A stretch of 64,000 bases of DNA from an uncultured bacterium (GTDB taxonomy: Bacteria; SAR324; NAC60-12). Position numbers and translations under genes: made by a program. Shown here one piece after another: positions 8,972 to 18,847 of this stretch (positions are counted from its first letter, which is position 1; each line of letters opens with the position of its first letter). The stretch is from positions 96,001-160,000 of the forward strand of contig CBFIGY010000002.1 of assembly GCA_965662235.1 (NCBI GenBank), in the 5' to 3' direction. Below the pieces are notes generated by a model. It was not told the origin of the DNA and made no database searches. It was given only the letters and a program-made list of their open reading frames with translations.

Positions 8972-10465
8972 ATGAAACGTCCCCGCCTGTATCACATGCT
9001 CTGGTTTGTGTTTTTGGCCATCAGCGCTCTGCTGCTGCTTGTCCTAGGACGCCTGTGGGGCATGCTCGATCAGTTGCCCACCGCACAGGCAAAACTGCTC
9101 CGGACCGAGTTGCTGCTGGGCGTTGGCGGGGTGCTGGTGTTGGGAGCCTTGAGCGTCGAGCTGCTCTCTCGGAACCTCAAGCGGCACCTGCGCCGCTTCC
9201 GGGACTCGCTTCAGGACCTGCAGTCCGGACGCCTAGAAAGCAGTCGCCTGCCGATTCCGGAGCACCGGGAGCTCGCGGAACTGGCGACGCTGCTCAGGGG
9301 CCTTCTGCAAGAACGGGAACAGAAGCTCGCGTTGCAGAAAAGCCGGAGTGAGGAACAGAGTTCTCTGCTGGATGGACTCATGGAAGGCTTTGTGGCAGTC
9401 GATCTCCAGTTTCGCATCACCCGTACCAACAAGGCGGCTGCTCGCCTCCTGCACTTCCCATACGAAGAAGCCTTTGGCCGAGACTTTCGGGAAATCATTC
9501 GGAACTTCCGGCTGCACAAAAGCATGGAGCAGCTCATCCGAGGAGAGTCGCTGGAAGAAACGGATGTTCAGCTCATGGTTGAAGATGAGGAACTCTTCCT
9601 CCGCATCAACGGCACCACCTTGCGAGACGCTCAGGGCCTCCGCTCCGGAGCCTTGATTCTCTTCTCCGACATCACCCGCCTCCAACGCCTAGAGACCATC
9701 CGTCGGGACTTTGTGGCCAACGTTTCCCACGAATTGAAAACCCCCATCACCTCGGTGAAGGGCGCTGTGGAAACCCTGCTGGCAGGGGCACTGGAGGAGC
9801 CTGAAGTCGCCCGCCGCTTTCTGGGCATTGCCGAACGGCACGCTGACCGGCTGAACGCCATCATCGACGACCTCCTGATCCTGTCCCGCATTGAGCAAGG
9901 CGAGCCCGGGAAGGCCCTGGAGCTTTCCTGGCACCAGCTTTCCAATGTGGTTCACCAGGCGGTTCAGACCTGTGAACTCAAGGCCCAGCCCAAGGGCATT
10001 CAGCTGGTGGAAGAATGTCCGGACGACCTGCAGGGGTACATCAATCCGCCACTGCTGGAGCAGGCCTTGGTCAACCTTGTGGACAACGCGATCAAGTACA
10101 GCGAGCCTGACACACAGGTCACCATCCGGGTCTACCGAGAACAAGCGCACCTGTTCCTCGTTGTGCAGGATCAGGGTCTCGGCATTGAAGCCAAGCACCT
10201 AGAGCGTCTCTTTGAGCGCTTCTACCGAGTCGACAAGGCCCGGAGCCGCAAGGTGGGAGGCACCGGACTGGGACTCGCCATTGTCAAGCACATCGCTCAA
10301 GCGCACGGAGGCCGCATCCTCGTGTCCAGCCTTCCTGGAAAAGGAAGCCGTTTCAGCCTTGAGATCCCTTCTCCCCTCCCTCTTTCTGAGCCTCTTTCCG
10401 CCACTCCTTCAGCCTCCTATCAAACGGCTGAACACACTGATTTCCCAGAAAGTATCTCCTCCTAA
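8972..10465 (+). CDS. phoR: PhoR-like sensor histidine kinase (2 TM, PAS, HisKA, HATPase)
   Basis: 'RRDFVANVSHELKTP', 'NLVDNAIKY', 'FERFYRVDKARSRKVGGTGLGLAIVKH'. Confidence 0.82.
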   Translation: MKRPRLYHMLWFVFLAISALLLLVLGRLWGMLDQLPTAQAKLLRTELLLGVGGVLVLGALSVELLSRNLKRHLRRFRDSLQDLQSGRLESSRLPIPEHRELAELATLLRGLLQEREQKLALQKSRSEEQSSLLDGLMEGFVAVDLQFRITRTNKAAARLLHFPYEEAFGRDFREIIRNFRLHKSMEQLIRGESLEETDVQLMVEDEELFLRINGTTLRDAQGLRSGALILFSDITRLQRLETIRRDFVANVSHELKTPITSVKGAVETLLAGALEEPEVARRFLGIAERHADRLNAIIDDLLILSRIEQGEPGKALELSWHQLSNVVHQAVQTCELKAQPKGIQLVEECPDDLQGYINPPLLEQALVNLVDNAIKYSEPDTQVTIRVYREQAHLFLVVQDQGLGIEAKHLERLFERFYRVDKARSRKVGGTGLGLAIVKHIAQAHGGRILVSSLPGKGSRFSLEIPSPLPLSEPLSATPSASYQTAEHTDFPESISS

Positions 10466-10641
10466 GTAGAATTCCCTATGGCAGGCAGGGGCGTATTTCG
10501 AAATTCTAGAAATACTGCAAACCTTCATTAGGGAGTGTTTGCTCCTGTTTTATTCCCTCTGAGCTTGCGAAGCTTCGGCTCCTCTTTCAGAGCCGGCGGA
10601 GAGCCGGAACTGAGCTTGCTATTTTTTCAAGAGGTCATGCC

Positions 10642-11157
10642 ATGCTCGAAGCTTCTACACTTACCCCTGCATCAACGCTGGAAGATTTGACGCACTCCCC
10701 GCCCATCTTGTCGATCCAACGGATTCTTGTTCCCACCGACCGCACGCCTGAGTCCCTGGCAGCGTTGTGCTATGCCAATGCCCTCGGTCAGCAACACGGG
10801 GCCGAGGTTCTGCTGCTCCATGTCTATGAGCGCACACGCGAAATGGAATGGAGCCACGAGCCCGGAAGCACAGCACCTTCTGAAAGCGACCTTGAGCACT
10901 TCGAGGGGCTCCGAAGTCGTTTGCTGCCCAACGCGTCCTTGGCCTTCGCCGAAGGGGACCTGGTTTCGGAAATCATCCGATTTGCCCGAGAGTCTCAGGC
11001 GGACCTGATCATCTTGGGTAGTCACGGTTACAAAGGGTTGGCCTACAGCATGAAAGGGAGCGTGGCCGAAAAGGTCATGCGCTACGCCTCCTGTCCAGTG
11101 CTGTGCGTCAAGAGTGACGCGCCTCACCTGAGCAACGAGGCGCTCGTTCAAGCCTGA
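10642..11157 (+). CDS. Universal stress protein (UspA family)
   Basis: 'ILVPTD' and 'DLIILGSHG...GSVAEKVMRYASCPVL'. Confidence 0.9.
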   Translation: MLEASTLTPASTLEDLTHSPPILSIQRILVPTDRTPESLAALCYANALGQQHGAEVLLLHVYERTREMEWSHEPGSTAPSESDLEHFEGLRSRLLPNASLAFAEGDLVSEIIRFARESQADLIILGSHGYKGLAYSMKGSVAEKVMRYASCPVLCVKSDAPHLSNEALVQA

Positions 11158-11162
11158 ACGCT

Positions 11163-12464
11163 TCAGTCCTTGGGGCGATAATCCACCACCCGCCGAGCCT
11201 TCCCCATGGAGCGCTCCACCTCTCCGACGTCCATCAGCTTGATCTCTGCGCTGATGCCAATCCGTCCCTTGATCTGATGCGCCAACCGGGCCTTGCTTTC
11301 CTTCAGCACATCGGCACCGCCTCCGTCCACTTTTGGCTCCACCAGCAGCGTCAGCGTGTCGAGCCGATCCTGTCGCCTTAGCTCAATCTGATAGTTGGGA
11401 GAGAGAACGGGATCCTCAAGCAGAATCTCCTCAATCTGCGTGGGGAACACGTTGACCCCCCGGATGATCATCATGTCATCCGAGCGTCCGGTCACCTTCT
11501 CCATGCGACGCATCACGCGTCCCACGCCGGGGAGCAGGCGCGTCAGGTCCCGGGTTCGGTAACGGATGATGGGAAAGGCCTCTTTGGTCAGAGACGTAAA
11601 CACCAATTCACCCTGCTGCCCATCTTCCAGAACCGCTCCCGTCTCCGGATCAATGACTTCCGGATAGAAGTGATCTTCCCAGATGTAGAGCCCCGATTTT
11701 TCTTCCACACACTCATTGGCAACCCCTGGGCCGATTACCTCAGAGAGGCCATAAATGTCCACCGCGTTGAGGTCAAAGGCCTGTTCAATCTCAACACGCA
11801 TCTTCGGAGTCCAGGGCTCTGCCCCAAAGATCCCGGTCTTGAGGGAGCAGGCTCGCGGGTCCAGCCCCTGCTTCCGGAACTCATCAGCAATCACCAGCAG
11901 ATACGACGGAGTGACCATGATGACGTCCGGCTGGAAGTCCTGGATCAGCTGCACCTGCCGCTCCGTCATCCCGCCAGACACCGGCACCACCGTGCAGCCC
12001 AGTCGCTCGGCGCCATAGTGAGCGCCCAGCCCTCCGGTGAACAGTCCGTAACCATAGGCAACGTGCACAATTTGTCCCGGACGCCCGCCGGCAGCCCAGA
12101 TGCTCCGAGCACACACGTCGGCCCAAACGTTCAGGTCATTTTGCGTGTACCCCACCACCGTGGGCTTCCCCGTGGTTCCACTTGACGCATGAACACGCGC
12201 CACTTGCTCACGAGGCACCGCGAACATGCCAAACGGGTAGTTGGCCCGCAGGTCGGCTTTTGCAGTGAAGGGAAACCGGCCCAGGTCCTGAAGCGACTGG
12301 CAGTCATCCGGATGAACCCCTGCTTCGTCAAAGGCCTTCCGGTAGTGCGGCACATTCTCATACGCTCGCCGCAAGGTGGTCTGCAACCGTTCCAGCTGCA
12401 ACGCCTGAAGCTCATCCGAGCTGGCCGTTTCAATGGGGTGTAGGGTCAGTGATTGCGGATCCAT
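11163..12464 (-). CDS. paaK: Phenylacetate-CoA ligase
   Basis: 'HASSGTTGKPTVVGYT', 'YGYGLFTGGLGAHYG', 'DIYGLSE', 'GRSDDMMIIRGVNVFP'. Start placed at ATG 12464 behind GGAGG. Confidence 0.93.
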   Translation of the reverse strand: MDPQSLTLHPIETASSDELQALQLERLQTTLRRAYENVPHYRKAFDEAGVHPDDCQSLQDLGRFPFTAKADLRANYPFGMFAVPREQVARVHASSGTTGKPTVVGYTQNDLNVWADVCARSIWAAGGRPGQIVHVAYGYGLFTGGLGAHYGAERLGCTVVPVSGGMTERQVQLIQDFQPDVIMVTPSYLLVIADEFRKQGLDPRACSLKTGIFGAEPWTPKMRVEIEQAFDLNAVDIYGLSEVIGPGVANECVEEKSGLYIWEDHFYPEVIDPETGAVLEDGQQGELVFTSLTKEAFPIIRYRTRDLTRLLPGVGRVMRRMEKVTGRSDDMMIIRGVNVFPTQIEEILLEDPVLSPNYQIELRRQDRLDTLTLLVEPKVDGGGADVLKESKARLAHQIKGRIGISAEIKLMDVGEVERSMGKARRVVDYRPKD

Positions 12465-12509
12465 GCATTCCTCCAACAGGTTAGACGCCTCCGGAGAGGG
12501 AGGCTTCAT

Positions 12510-13211
12510 TCAAAGCGAGAAGTAGTAGTTGATGAACAGCGCATGCAGCTGCGATCGCTCCAGCGCCGACTGATTGTTGCTCATTCCCAGCAGCCGTTGA
12601 GCATAAGAAGCCCGGTACATCAGCATCAGGCTTCTTGAAGGAAAATAAGCCACTCCTGCGCCGACTGCAAGGGACGCTTCATTCAGATACCCCTGAGACG
12701 TATCAGACAGCCGGACCCGGGAAAACTGAGGTCCAGCGCCTCCCATCAGGTGCCAATCCTTCCAACGCAGCGGGAACACGTTCCACCAAATGGTGTGCTG
12801 CTCCACTTCCACCTCCACCCCCGTGTTGCCCTCCAGCACCACGGGAGCGTCTAGGGTAATGAACGACAGGTGCCGTGTGTACTCTAGGGACTGGCGGTCC
12901 CAGAAAAAGCCTAGGTCGAAGCCAGCGCCATTGCTCAATCCTTCGCGGGAACGGACTTCGGGTTGCCCGTTCAGCGTCAATCCAACGTCCCGGAGTCCCA
13001 CACCAAAGTAAATGCCCACCCAAGGGACCGGGCGTCCTTCATTGAGAAAGCTTGGAGGCTCCGTGGGCTTGCGAAACGCTTCGCTGCGTTCTGCCATGGA
13101 AGGCTCTGACGCCTCAGGAGGAGGCTCGGCTTCCTGAGCCTGGACGCTGCTCAGGGTGAGCAACAGGATTCCGGCGATTCCCACCACGCCGTGTTTCCAC
13201 CAGAACCTCAC
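12510..13211 (-). CDS. Exported hypothetical protein, probable outer-membrane beta-barrel
   Basis: Signal peptide, alternating aromatic strands, C-terminal 'INYYFSL'; overlaps the lptD stop. Confidence 0.6.
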   Translation of the reverse strand: MRFWWKHGVVGIAGILLLTLSSVQAQEAEPPPEASEPSMAERSEAFRKPTEPPSFLNEGRPVPWVGIYFGVGLRDVGLTLNGQPEVRSREGLSNGAGFDLGFFWDRQSLEYTRHLSFITLDAPVVLEGNTGVEVEVEQHTIWWNVFPLRWKDWHLMGGAGPQFSRVRLSDTSQGYLNEASLAVGAGVAYFPSRSLMLMYRASYAQRLLGMSNNQSALERSQLHALFINYYFSL

Positions 13212-15775
13212 TGTCCTCCTAACCCAGGAAGTGCCTGCTCCGGAAGGTCCACGCCCCCCAGCGAGATGTTGGCATAAATGGTCCGTTCCACATACTCCAC
13301 CTCCTGCTCGTTGCTGGTCAGGGTCGATGCCGCCCGTTCTTCCAAACGGAGGCTGATCCGCCAGCAGTCCGGAGTGTAGTTGAGGAAGAAGGAATTTTCC
13401 GTAAGGCGCCGTTGGAAGGCACTTTCTGGCTGCAGGTCAAAGGTTCCGGCAATGCCCATGGAAAGGGTGTCGCTGAGCTCGTGGCTGTTGCTGAAGCCAA
13501 AGGTTCGCGCGGCGGCATACTCAGCACCGTACGGCGTGACGTAGTCATACTCGTTTTCCCGGAAGTTCACCGATGCCTTGTTTCGCGCCGAAAGCCCCAC
13601 CTTCACCCCCAGGCCATACTCCACCACCCGGTGCTTCTGATGATGGTACCGGTTGAAGAAGTTCACCCCGATGCTCGGATTGGGCGTCAGTGAAAGGTCG
13701 GTCCGCAACGGCAGCAGCGGTTCCCCCGGATCCGTTTCATTGCCTTTTGGAGTAGGCCCTATCGCTTGGAACCCCTCGTTCACCTTGAGAAAGTCGTACG
13801 GCTGCGTCAGGGTGAGCCGCCCAAACACTTCAGCTTCTCCTTCTTGCTCCGAACGACGGGCCAGACCCGTCAAGCGCTGAGCGGTTCCCAGTTCGGCAAA
13901 GGCAATCAACTGGTCCAGAACCTCCGGGCTGTTGGGACCTATAACCCGAACCACCGCGCGCTCCAAGGCCGCCTCGTTCGGGAACTCCCGGCCCTGAAGA
14001 CGTTCCAGACGCTGCACCACCACCTCTTCTGCTCCGGCCTGACGCAACTCGGTCAACGTCCGGAGCGTCACCTTTACGCTACGTTCATACACGCGACGTT
14101 TCACCAGCAGCTGATTCTCCAGCTTCAGAGTCGCCAACCGGCGAGTGTAGAGTCCTCCTCCCAGAGGCGGCGCGGCGTCTCTGAATTCCTGTGACACATC
14201 CTCCACATACTCGTACTTCAGTTGCGGTAGAATGCGGTGCTTGGCGCGGCTGTAGTAATCGTTGTCCAAGGCAAACGTCCGGGAAATGATGGTATCCACG
14301 GCCAAGTCACCGAGGCTCACATTGAAGGAATACTCACCACTTGTCTCACCTGAAAGGCCCCACACCCGGTAGGCGGATAGCTTCTTCCCTGCCCCCACGC
14401 TCACGCCCAACACCCCTAGGCTGGTTCGGAAGCGTGCCCCCGGATTGAGAACCGTGCCCAGGCCGTTGATGTTTTTTTCACTGTAGAAGCGTGTGTGCGT
14501 TCCCGCTAGGCTAAGGCTAAACACGGACTCTCGGCTCCGCCAGAGGGTGTCGGCCCAACGCAGCTCAATGGTTGGCAGGCTCTGGAGCGTGGTGCGGTCG
14601 ATCGCGTTGTTCAGCACCGCAATCTCATTTCCAGCGTAGATGCGTTCCTGAGTGGCTGAAAGGGAGACACTGCTGTTGAGAAACTGACGGCTGAGGGCAA
14701 ACTTGAAGCGCTGGGCGTAGTTCGGGTCCGGGTCCTCTGTCAGCTCATACTCCTTCTGAAACTGACTGTCGCTGTACACCAACCCGGACGCAATCAGCCG
14801 GGTGGCCTCGCCAAGGCTCTGGTTGTGGTTGAATTCAAACTTGAAGCGGTCCGGATGCAAATCCGACTGCTCGGCCTCTTCTGGACTCAGACTTCCTGCT
14901 TCCTGCTCTGGATCGCGAGGGTCGCGTTCTTCAAAGCGCTGTCCCTTGATTTCTCCCCGCATGCCTTCAGTAAACGCATACTGATAGTCTAGCCTGAGTC
15001 CGGGACCACGGCGCTCCACCCAGTCATAAGTCACCGTCAGGTCCTGTTCCGGATCAATGGCCCAGAAGTACGGCAGGCCCAACCGGTAACCCAGGTCAAA
15101 CTTCCGGAGGCTGCTCCGGGTGATGGAGTACTCCGGAGGCAGGAAGCCAGACTGCCGGCGCGTCACCGTGGGCCACGCCAAATACGGAAAGTAGAACACG
15201 GGCACGCCCCCGACCCGCAAGCTGGTCCCCAGCGAAGAGGAAAAATTCTCGCCGTAGTAATTGACTTCACTCCCCCGGATCTCCCAAACCGGAGACTGTG
15301 GGTTGCAGGTGGTAAAGGTGCACCCCTCTGCCAGGTAGTGATTTTCTCCAATCCGGGTGACTGACTCCGCCGTCAGGTAGGCGCGGTTCCGGCTGTCAAA
15401 CACGGTGGCGTTGTAAAACTGTGCCGAACCGTCAGAGAGCTGAAACTCCAACCGGTCCATGACCGCGAGGATGTCCCCTTCAACCACCCGAACATACCCC
15501 TCTGCGACAATCTTCCGCTCCTGAGGCTGGTAGCGAATTTCGGTGCCTTCAATGGTCAGGCCCTCCCAGCTCAGTGTCGCGTTGCGGTAGAGCGCAATGC
15601 CGGTCGTGGGATCCACGCTGTAGGACTGTGTCCGGATCTGCAGGTTATCCGTTGCACCGACGGAGGCTCCGGGAGAGGGAAATGCGGATTGCGCCTGTAG
15701 TTTGGAAGCGGGTCCCAGTATACTGAGGACACTGAGGAGCCCCACAAAGAGGAGGTGACGAAACGACTGAGTCAA
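13208..15775 (-). CDS. lptD: LPS-assembly protein LptD
   Basis: Signal peptide; 'FTTCNP', 'VPVFYFPYLAWP...RQSGFLPP', 'LPYFWAI', C-terminal 'DCW'. Confidence 0.85.
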   Translation of the reverse strand: MTQSFRHLLFVGLLSVLSILGPASKLQAQSAFPSPGASVGATDNLQIRTQSYSVDPTTGIALYRNATLSWEGLTIEGTEIRYQPQERKIVAEGYVRVVEGDILAVMDRLEFQLSDGSAQFYNATVFDSRNRAYLTAESVTRIGENHYLAEGCTFTTCNPQSPVWEIRGSEVNYYGENFSSSLGTSLRVGGVPVFYFPYLAWPTVTRRQSGFLPPEYSITRSSLRKFDLGYRLGLPYFWAIDPEQDLTVTYDWVERRGPGLRLDYQYAFTEGMRGEIKGQRFEERDPRDPEQEAGSLSPEEAEQSDLHPDRFKFEFNHNQSLGEATRLIASGLVYSDSQFQKEYELTEDPDPNYAQRFKFALSRQFLNSSVSLSATQERIYAGNEIAVLNNAIDRTTLQSLPTIELRWADTLWRSRESVFSLSLAGTHTRFYSEKNINGLGTVLNPGARFRTSLGVLGVSVGAGKKLSAYRVWGLSGETSGEYSFNVSLGDLAVDTIISRTFALDNDYYSRAKHRILPQLKYEYVEDVSQEFRDAAPPLGGGLYTRRLATLKLENQLLVKRRVYERSVKVTLRTLTELRQAGAEEVVVQRLERLQGREFPNEAALERAVVRVIGPNSPEVLDQLIAFAELGTAQRLTGLARRSEQEGEAEVFGRLTLTQPYDFLKVNEGFQAIGPTPKGNETDPGEPLLPLRTDLSLTPNPSIGVNFFNRYHHQKHRVVEYGLGVKVGLSARNKASVNFRENEYDYVTPYGAEYAAARTFGFSNSHELSDTLSMGIAGTFDLQPESAFQRRLTENSFFLNYTPDCWRISLRLEERAASTLTSNEQEVEYVERTIYANISLGGVDLPEQALPGLGGQ

Positions 15776-15960
15776 GGAGTGGTGGACGTGAGTGGAGACG
15801 AGTTGCCCTTGGGCAGGCCTGAGCGTCTGTTTTTCGGGAGTCTGGTGCCACGAACCGACCCTTCAAAAGTTACCGGATTGAGGAAGACTTGCAAACGTTT
15901 TGCTCCGCCGGCGCAGACGGTTTTCATTACTTGTTTCTCCCTTGGTTCCTGTTAATCTGA

Positions 15961-16884
15961 ATGAAAATGAAGTGTCTTTGCCAAACAACCCGCCCCCTGC
16001 TGGTCTGCCTGACGGCCGGATGGCTGAGCTTCGTTTCCCCTCTGTGGGCAAGCGACCCCACCCTTCCGGCAACTTGGGAACGCTTTCCTCTGGTGGACCG
16101 GGACGTGCGCGTGATTGATGGTGACACCTTCGACGTCGATCTGAATGGAGATGGACGCTTGGAGAAAAAGACCGAGCGTGTGCGCCTCCTGTTTGTCGAC
16201 ACTCCGGAGTTGTCTCATTCGCATAAGGGACAGGATCGACGGTTCGGGCTTCCGGCAAAGGCGGCACTCGGTCAGCTGCTCCAGTCCCGGAACGCCCTTT
16301 GGGTGAACCCAGAGGAGCCCAAGGACCGCTATGGACGCTGGTTGGGGCTGGTGGAGCTTTCCACGGGCACCGCCAACCTAGAACTCATCCGGGACGGACA
16401 CAGTTACTTTGACACCCGCTTCTCGCTTCCGCACCCAGTTGAAGCCTATGAAGCTTACGCCCGGGCGGAGCTCCGCGCCTTTGACCTTGGAGCTGGCATC
16501 TGGAGCACCCGCGAGTCGAAAAAACGCTACCTGCTGCGCTTGCAGGAAGAGGGTAAGACCGTTTACTCGACCCGGAACCCGCTGTTCCGCATTCAGGTCC
16601 TGACTCCGGAAGAGGTCGATCCAGAGGTTCTAGAGGGACGGTTTATCCGCGTGGAAGGCGTCGTTCAACGAGCCCGTTCGTTGCGATACGGAGCCGCCCT
16701 GCTCTTTCTCCGGCATGCTCATTCTGAAGACGGCCTACCGGTTTTCTTGGGGAAGCGACAGCGGGAGTGGTTTCCAGCGTCCATGACTTCCCCTGGCGCT
16801 CATGTTCAGGTGGAAGGCTTCCTCCAACACTATCAGTCTCGCCAATGGCAAATTCGTCTGCATCGCCTCGTCGCCTCTCCCTAG
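15961..16884 (+). CDS. Exported thermonuclease (SNase family) with C-terminal OB-fold-like domain
   Basis: 'VIDGDTF', 'VRLLFVDTPE', 'DRYGRWLG', 'GIWS'; N-terminal signal-like segment. Confidence 0.82.
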   Translation: MKMKCLCQTTRPLLVCLTAGWLSFVSPLWASDPTLPATWERFPLVDRDVRVIDGDTFDVDLNGDGRLEKKTERVRLLFVDTPELSHSHKGQDRRFGLPAKAALGQLLQSRNALWVNPEEPKDRYGRWLGLVELSTGTANLELIRDGHSYFDTRFSLPHPVEAYEAYARAELRAFDLGAGIWSTRESKKRYLLRLQEEGKTVYSTRNPLFRIQVLTPEEVDPEVLEGRFIRVEGVVQRARSLRYGAALLFLRHAHSEDGLPVFLGKRQREWFPASMTSPGAHVQVEGFLQHYQSRQWQIRLHRLVASP

Positions 16885-17297
16885 CAATTGGAGTCGGCGT
16901 CAGCTTATGGGTCTCTGCATGTGGCGGAACCCGCCCTGAGCTTGGAGTCTCATCCGGGCAACTTCGCCCCTGTCCTCCTAGTCCGAACTGTGTTTCCAGT
17001 CAGGCCACCGATGCGGATCACCGCGTGGAGCCCCTTCCGTTCTCGAGTCCGGAGCCGATTCAGCAGCTGGCTGAGGTGCTTCAGGAGTGGCCTCGGGTTC
17101 AGGTGGTCACCCAGTCGGAAGACTACCTGCACGCGGAATTCACCAGTGCACTGTTCCGCTTTATTGATGATGTGGAGTTTTACTGGAATGCTCAGGAAGG
17201 CTGGATGGAGGTCCGCTCGGCGTCTCGCTTGGGTTACTCGGACTTGGGGGTCAACCGGGAACGCGTGGAAGCGTTGCGGTCCCGGCTGATGAACTGA
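16845..17297 (+). CDS. DUF1499-family lipoprotein
   Basis: 'LRPCPPSPNCVSSQ', 'FRFIDDVEF', 'VRSASRLGYSDLGVNRERVE'. Confidence 0.85.
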   Translation: MANSSASPRRLSLAIGVGVSLWVSACGGTRPELGVSSGQLRPCPPSPNCVSSQATDADHRVEPLPFSSPEPIQQLAEVLQEWPRVQVVTQSEDYLHAEFTSALFRFIDDVEFYWNAQEGWMEVRSASRLGYSDLGVNRERVEALRSRLMN

Positions 17298-17307
17298 AGA
17301 AAGTCCG

Positions 17308-17535
17308 TTAGCGCTGGCGCATTTTTTCCAGCATGTTTTCTTCGGACTGTTCGAAGTAGTCCATGCGGCGGGTCAGCTGATTGGGCGCTGGCGTGTAGTC
17401 TGGGCCATTAGCCCGAAGCGCCCGGTACTCTTGACGTTGCGCCTTAGCCGTTCGGTTGAAGTCACATCCGGCCAGAGCGAGAGCCGCCAGCATCACAGCG
17501 GCCAAGGAGCGAGTGCGAAAAGTCATTCTGTGCAT
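17308..17535 (-). CDS. Small hypothetical lipoprotein
   Basis: Lipobox 'LAGC' after a hydrophobic stretch. Confidence 0.55.
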   Translation of the reverse strand: MHRMTFRTRSLAAVMLAALALAGCDFNRTAKAQRQEYRALRANGPDYTPAPNQLTRRMDYFEQSEENMLEKMRQR

Positions 17536-17656
17536 ACCTGGTTAAGGTTCAAAGCAGTTCAAGGAACCGTGTGAATGTAAGGACATCCGGTTCCAGCCGC
17601 AAGATAATTCATCCGGTTCCGCCACCTGGAGGAAACGCTACGAGGAGGAAGAAACC

Positions 17657-18343
17657 ATGACGCTCTACTTCAACCGCCAGCACCTGCCAGACTGGTCCCC
17701 AACTCTAGCGGCTCTTCCAGATCAGGAAGGCGTGGTGATCTTCATGCGCCACTCCGTCAGACCCGAAATTCCGGAAGGTAAGTTTGGGATGCAAGTGGAC
17801 CTCACTGAAGAAGGTGTGCAGGCGGCACAGGCCCTGGGGGCGGCTTTGGGAAAACGCCTTCAGCAGGTATCTGCCAGTGCCTCCACTCGCTGCCTACAGA
17901 CGGGGGAAGCGTTAATTCAGGGCGCCCAAGTTCCTCTGAGCGTTGAGCCCGATGTCACACTCGGCGAACCGGGAGCCTTCATTGCCGATGTCGAGGAATC
18001 CATTCAGCGTTTGGTGGAGCATGGCCCCATCGGGATCGTCAACCGGCTGTTACAGGGGTTGCCTCTGGAGGGCATGATTGAATGTGAGCCGGGAGTACGC
18101 GCCATGCTGGAGAAAGCTTGGTCCACGCCTCCGCCTCCGGGTGCTGTACACGTCTGCATCACACACGACACCCTTTTGTCTGCAATGCTTGGTTGGCTTG
18201 AACGCAAACAGGCGTTTCAGGAAGAGGACTGGCCCCAGATGCTGGAGGGACTCCTGATGTGGCGGGCTCCGGGAGGGCTAAAGTGGGTTTGGCGAGGCCA
18301 GGTCTATCAGCGGGAGTTGCCTCAGGAGTGGCTGCCGACGTGA
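17657..18343 (+). CDS. Histidine phosphatase superfamily protein
   Basis: 'MRHS', 'LTEEG', 'RCLQTG', 'THD'; RBS GAGGAGG. Confidence 0.8.
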   Translation: MTLYFNRQHLPDWSPTLAALPDQEGVVIFMRHSVRPEIPEGKFGMQVDLTEEGVQAAQALGAALGKRLQQVSASASTRCLQTGEALIQGAQVPLSVEPDVTLGEPGAFIADVEESIQRLVEHGPIGIVNRLLQGLPLEGMIECEPGVRAMLEKAWSTPPPPGAVHVCITHDTLLSAMLGWLERKQAFQEEDWPQMLEGLLMWRAPGGLKWVWRGQVYQRELPQEWLPT

Positions 18344-18364
18344 CCTCCGTCTCGACGGGTGCTG

Positions 18365-18847
18365 TCAGGTCAGTTTCTTGTCGATGTTCTTTAACGTGCT
18401 CTGCATCTCACTCAACGTGGTCTGCACCCCGTTCAACGTCAACTGCATCCCACTCATTGTCTCTTGCACTGCACCCATTGTCTTCTGCATCGCACCCATC
18501 GTCTCCTGAGTCGCATTCATCGTTGTTTTCATTCCGTTCATGATCTCGGCAATGTTCGAGAGCAACCGGTGAGTCTGCAGGTCCGAGGTCCGCATGTACT
18601 CCAGCAGGCGCTCCGTGTTTGCATTACCGGATTCGATGATCCGCCCCGTGTTTGCGTTACCGGACTCGGTACCGTGCTCAATGGCTTCTAGCAAGCGATC
18701 GGTATTCTGACGATTATCGTCCATCACAGCCCGGGTGATTTCCTCCTGAACGGTCTTGCGGACCTTCAGCTGGATTTCTTCACGAACCGCCTCAAGCAGC
18801 GTTGCCTTGAACGCCTCCAGTTCGGTTTTGAGCTCTTGTTCTCCCAT
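18365..18847 (-). CDS. Coiled-coil hypothetical protein with internal 11-aa and 7-aa repeats
   Basis: ESGNANT repeated twice; heptads TMNATQE/TMGAMQK/TMGAVQE/TMSGMQL/TLNGVQT/TLSEMQS; GGAGG before the second Met. Confidence 0.7.
   Translation of the reverse strand: MGEQELKTELEAFKATLLEAVREEIQLKVRKTVQEEITRAVMDDNRQNTDRLLEAIEHGTESGNANTGRIIESGNANTERLLEYMRTSDLQTHRLLSNIAEIMNGMKTTMNATQETMGAMQKTMGAVQETMSGMQLTLNGVQTTLSEMQSTLKNIDKKLT
18400..18670. repeat. Degenerate 21-bp tandem repeats and a 33-bp duplication within a CDS
   Basis: About six 21-bp units over 18400-18530; CCGTGTTTGCRTTACCGGAYTCG at 18613 and 18646. Confidence 0.7.

Noticed and set aside
1..10000. Apparent abundance of CTAG
   Set aside because: About 20 by eye in 10 kb is not above the base-composition expectation. 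Lack of avoidance cannot be established without a computed null.
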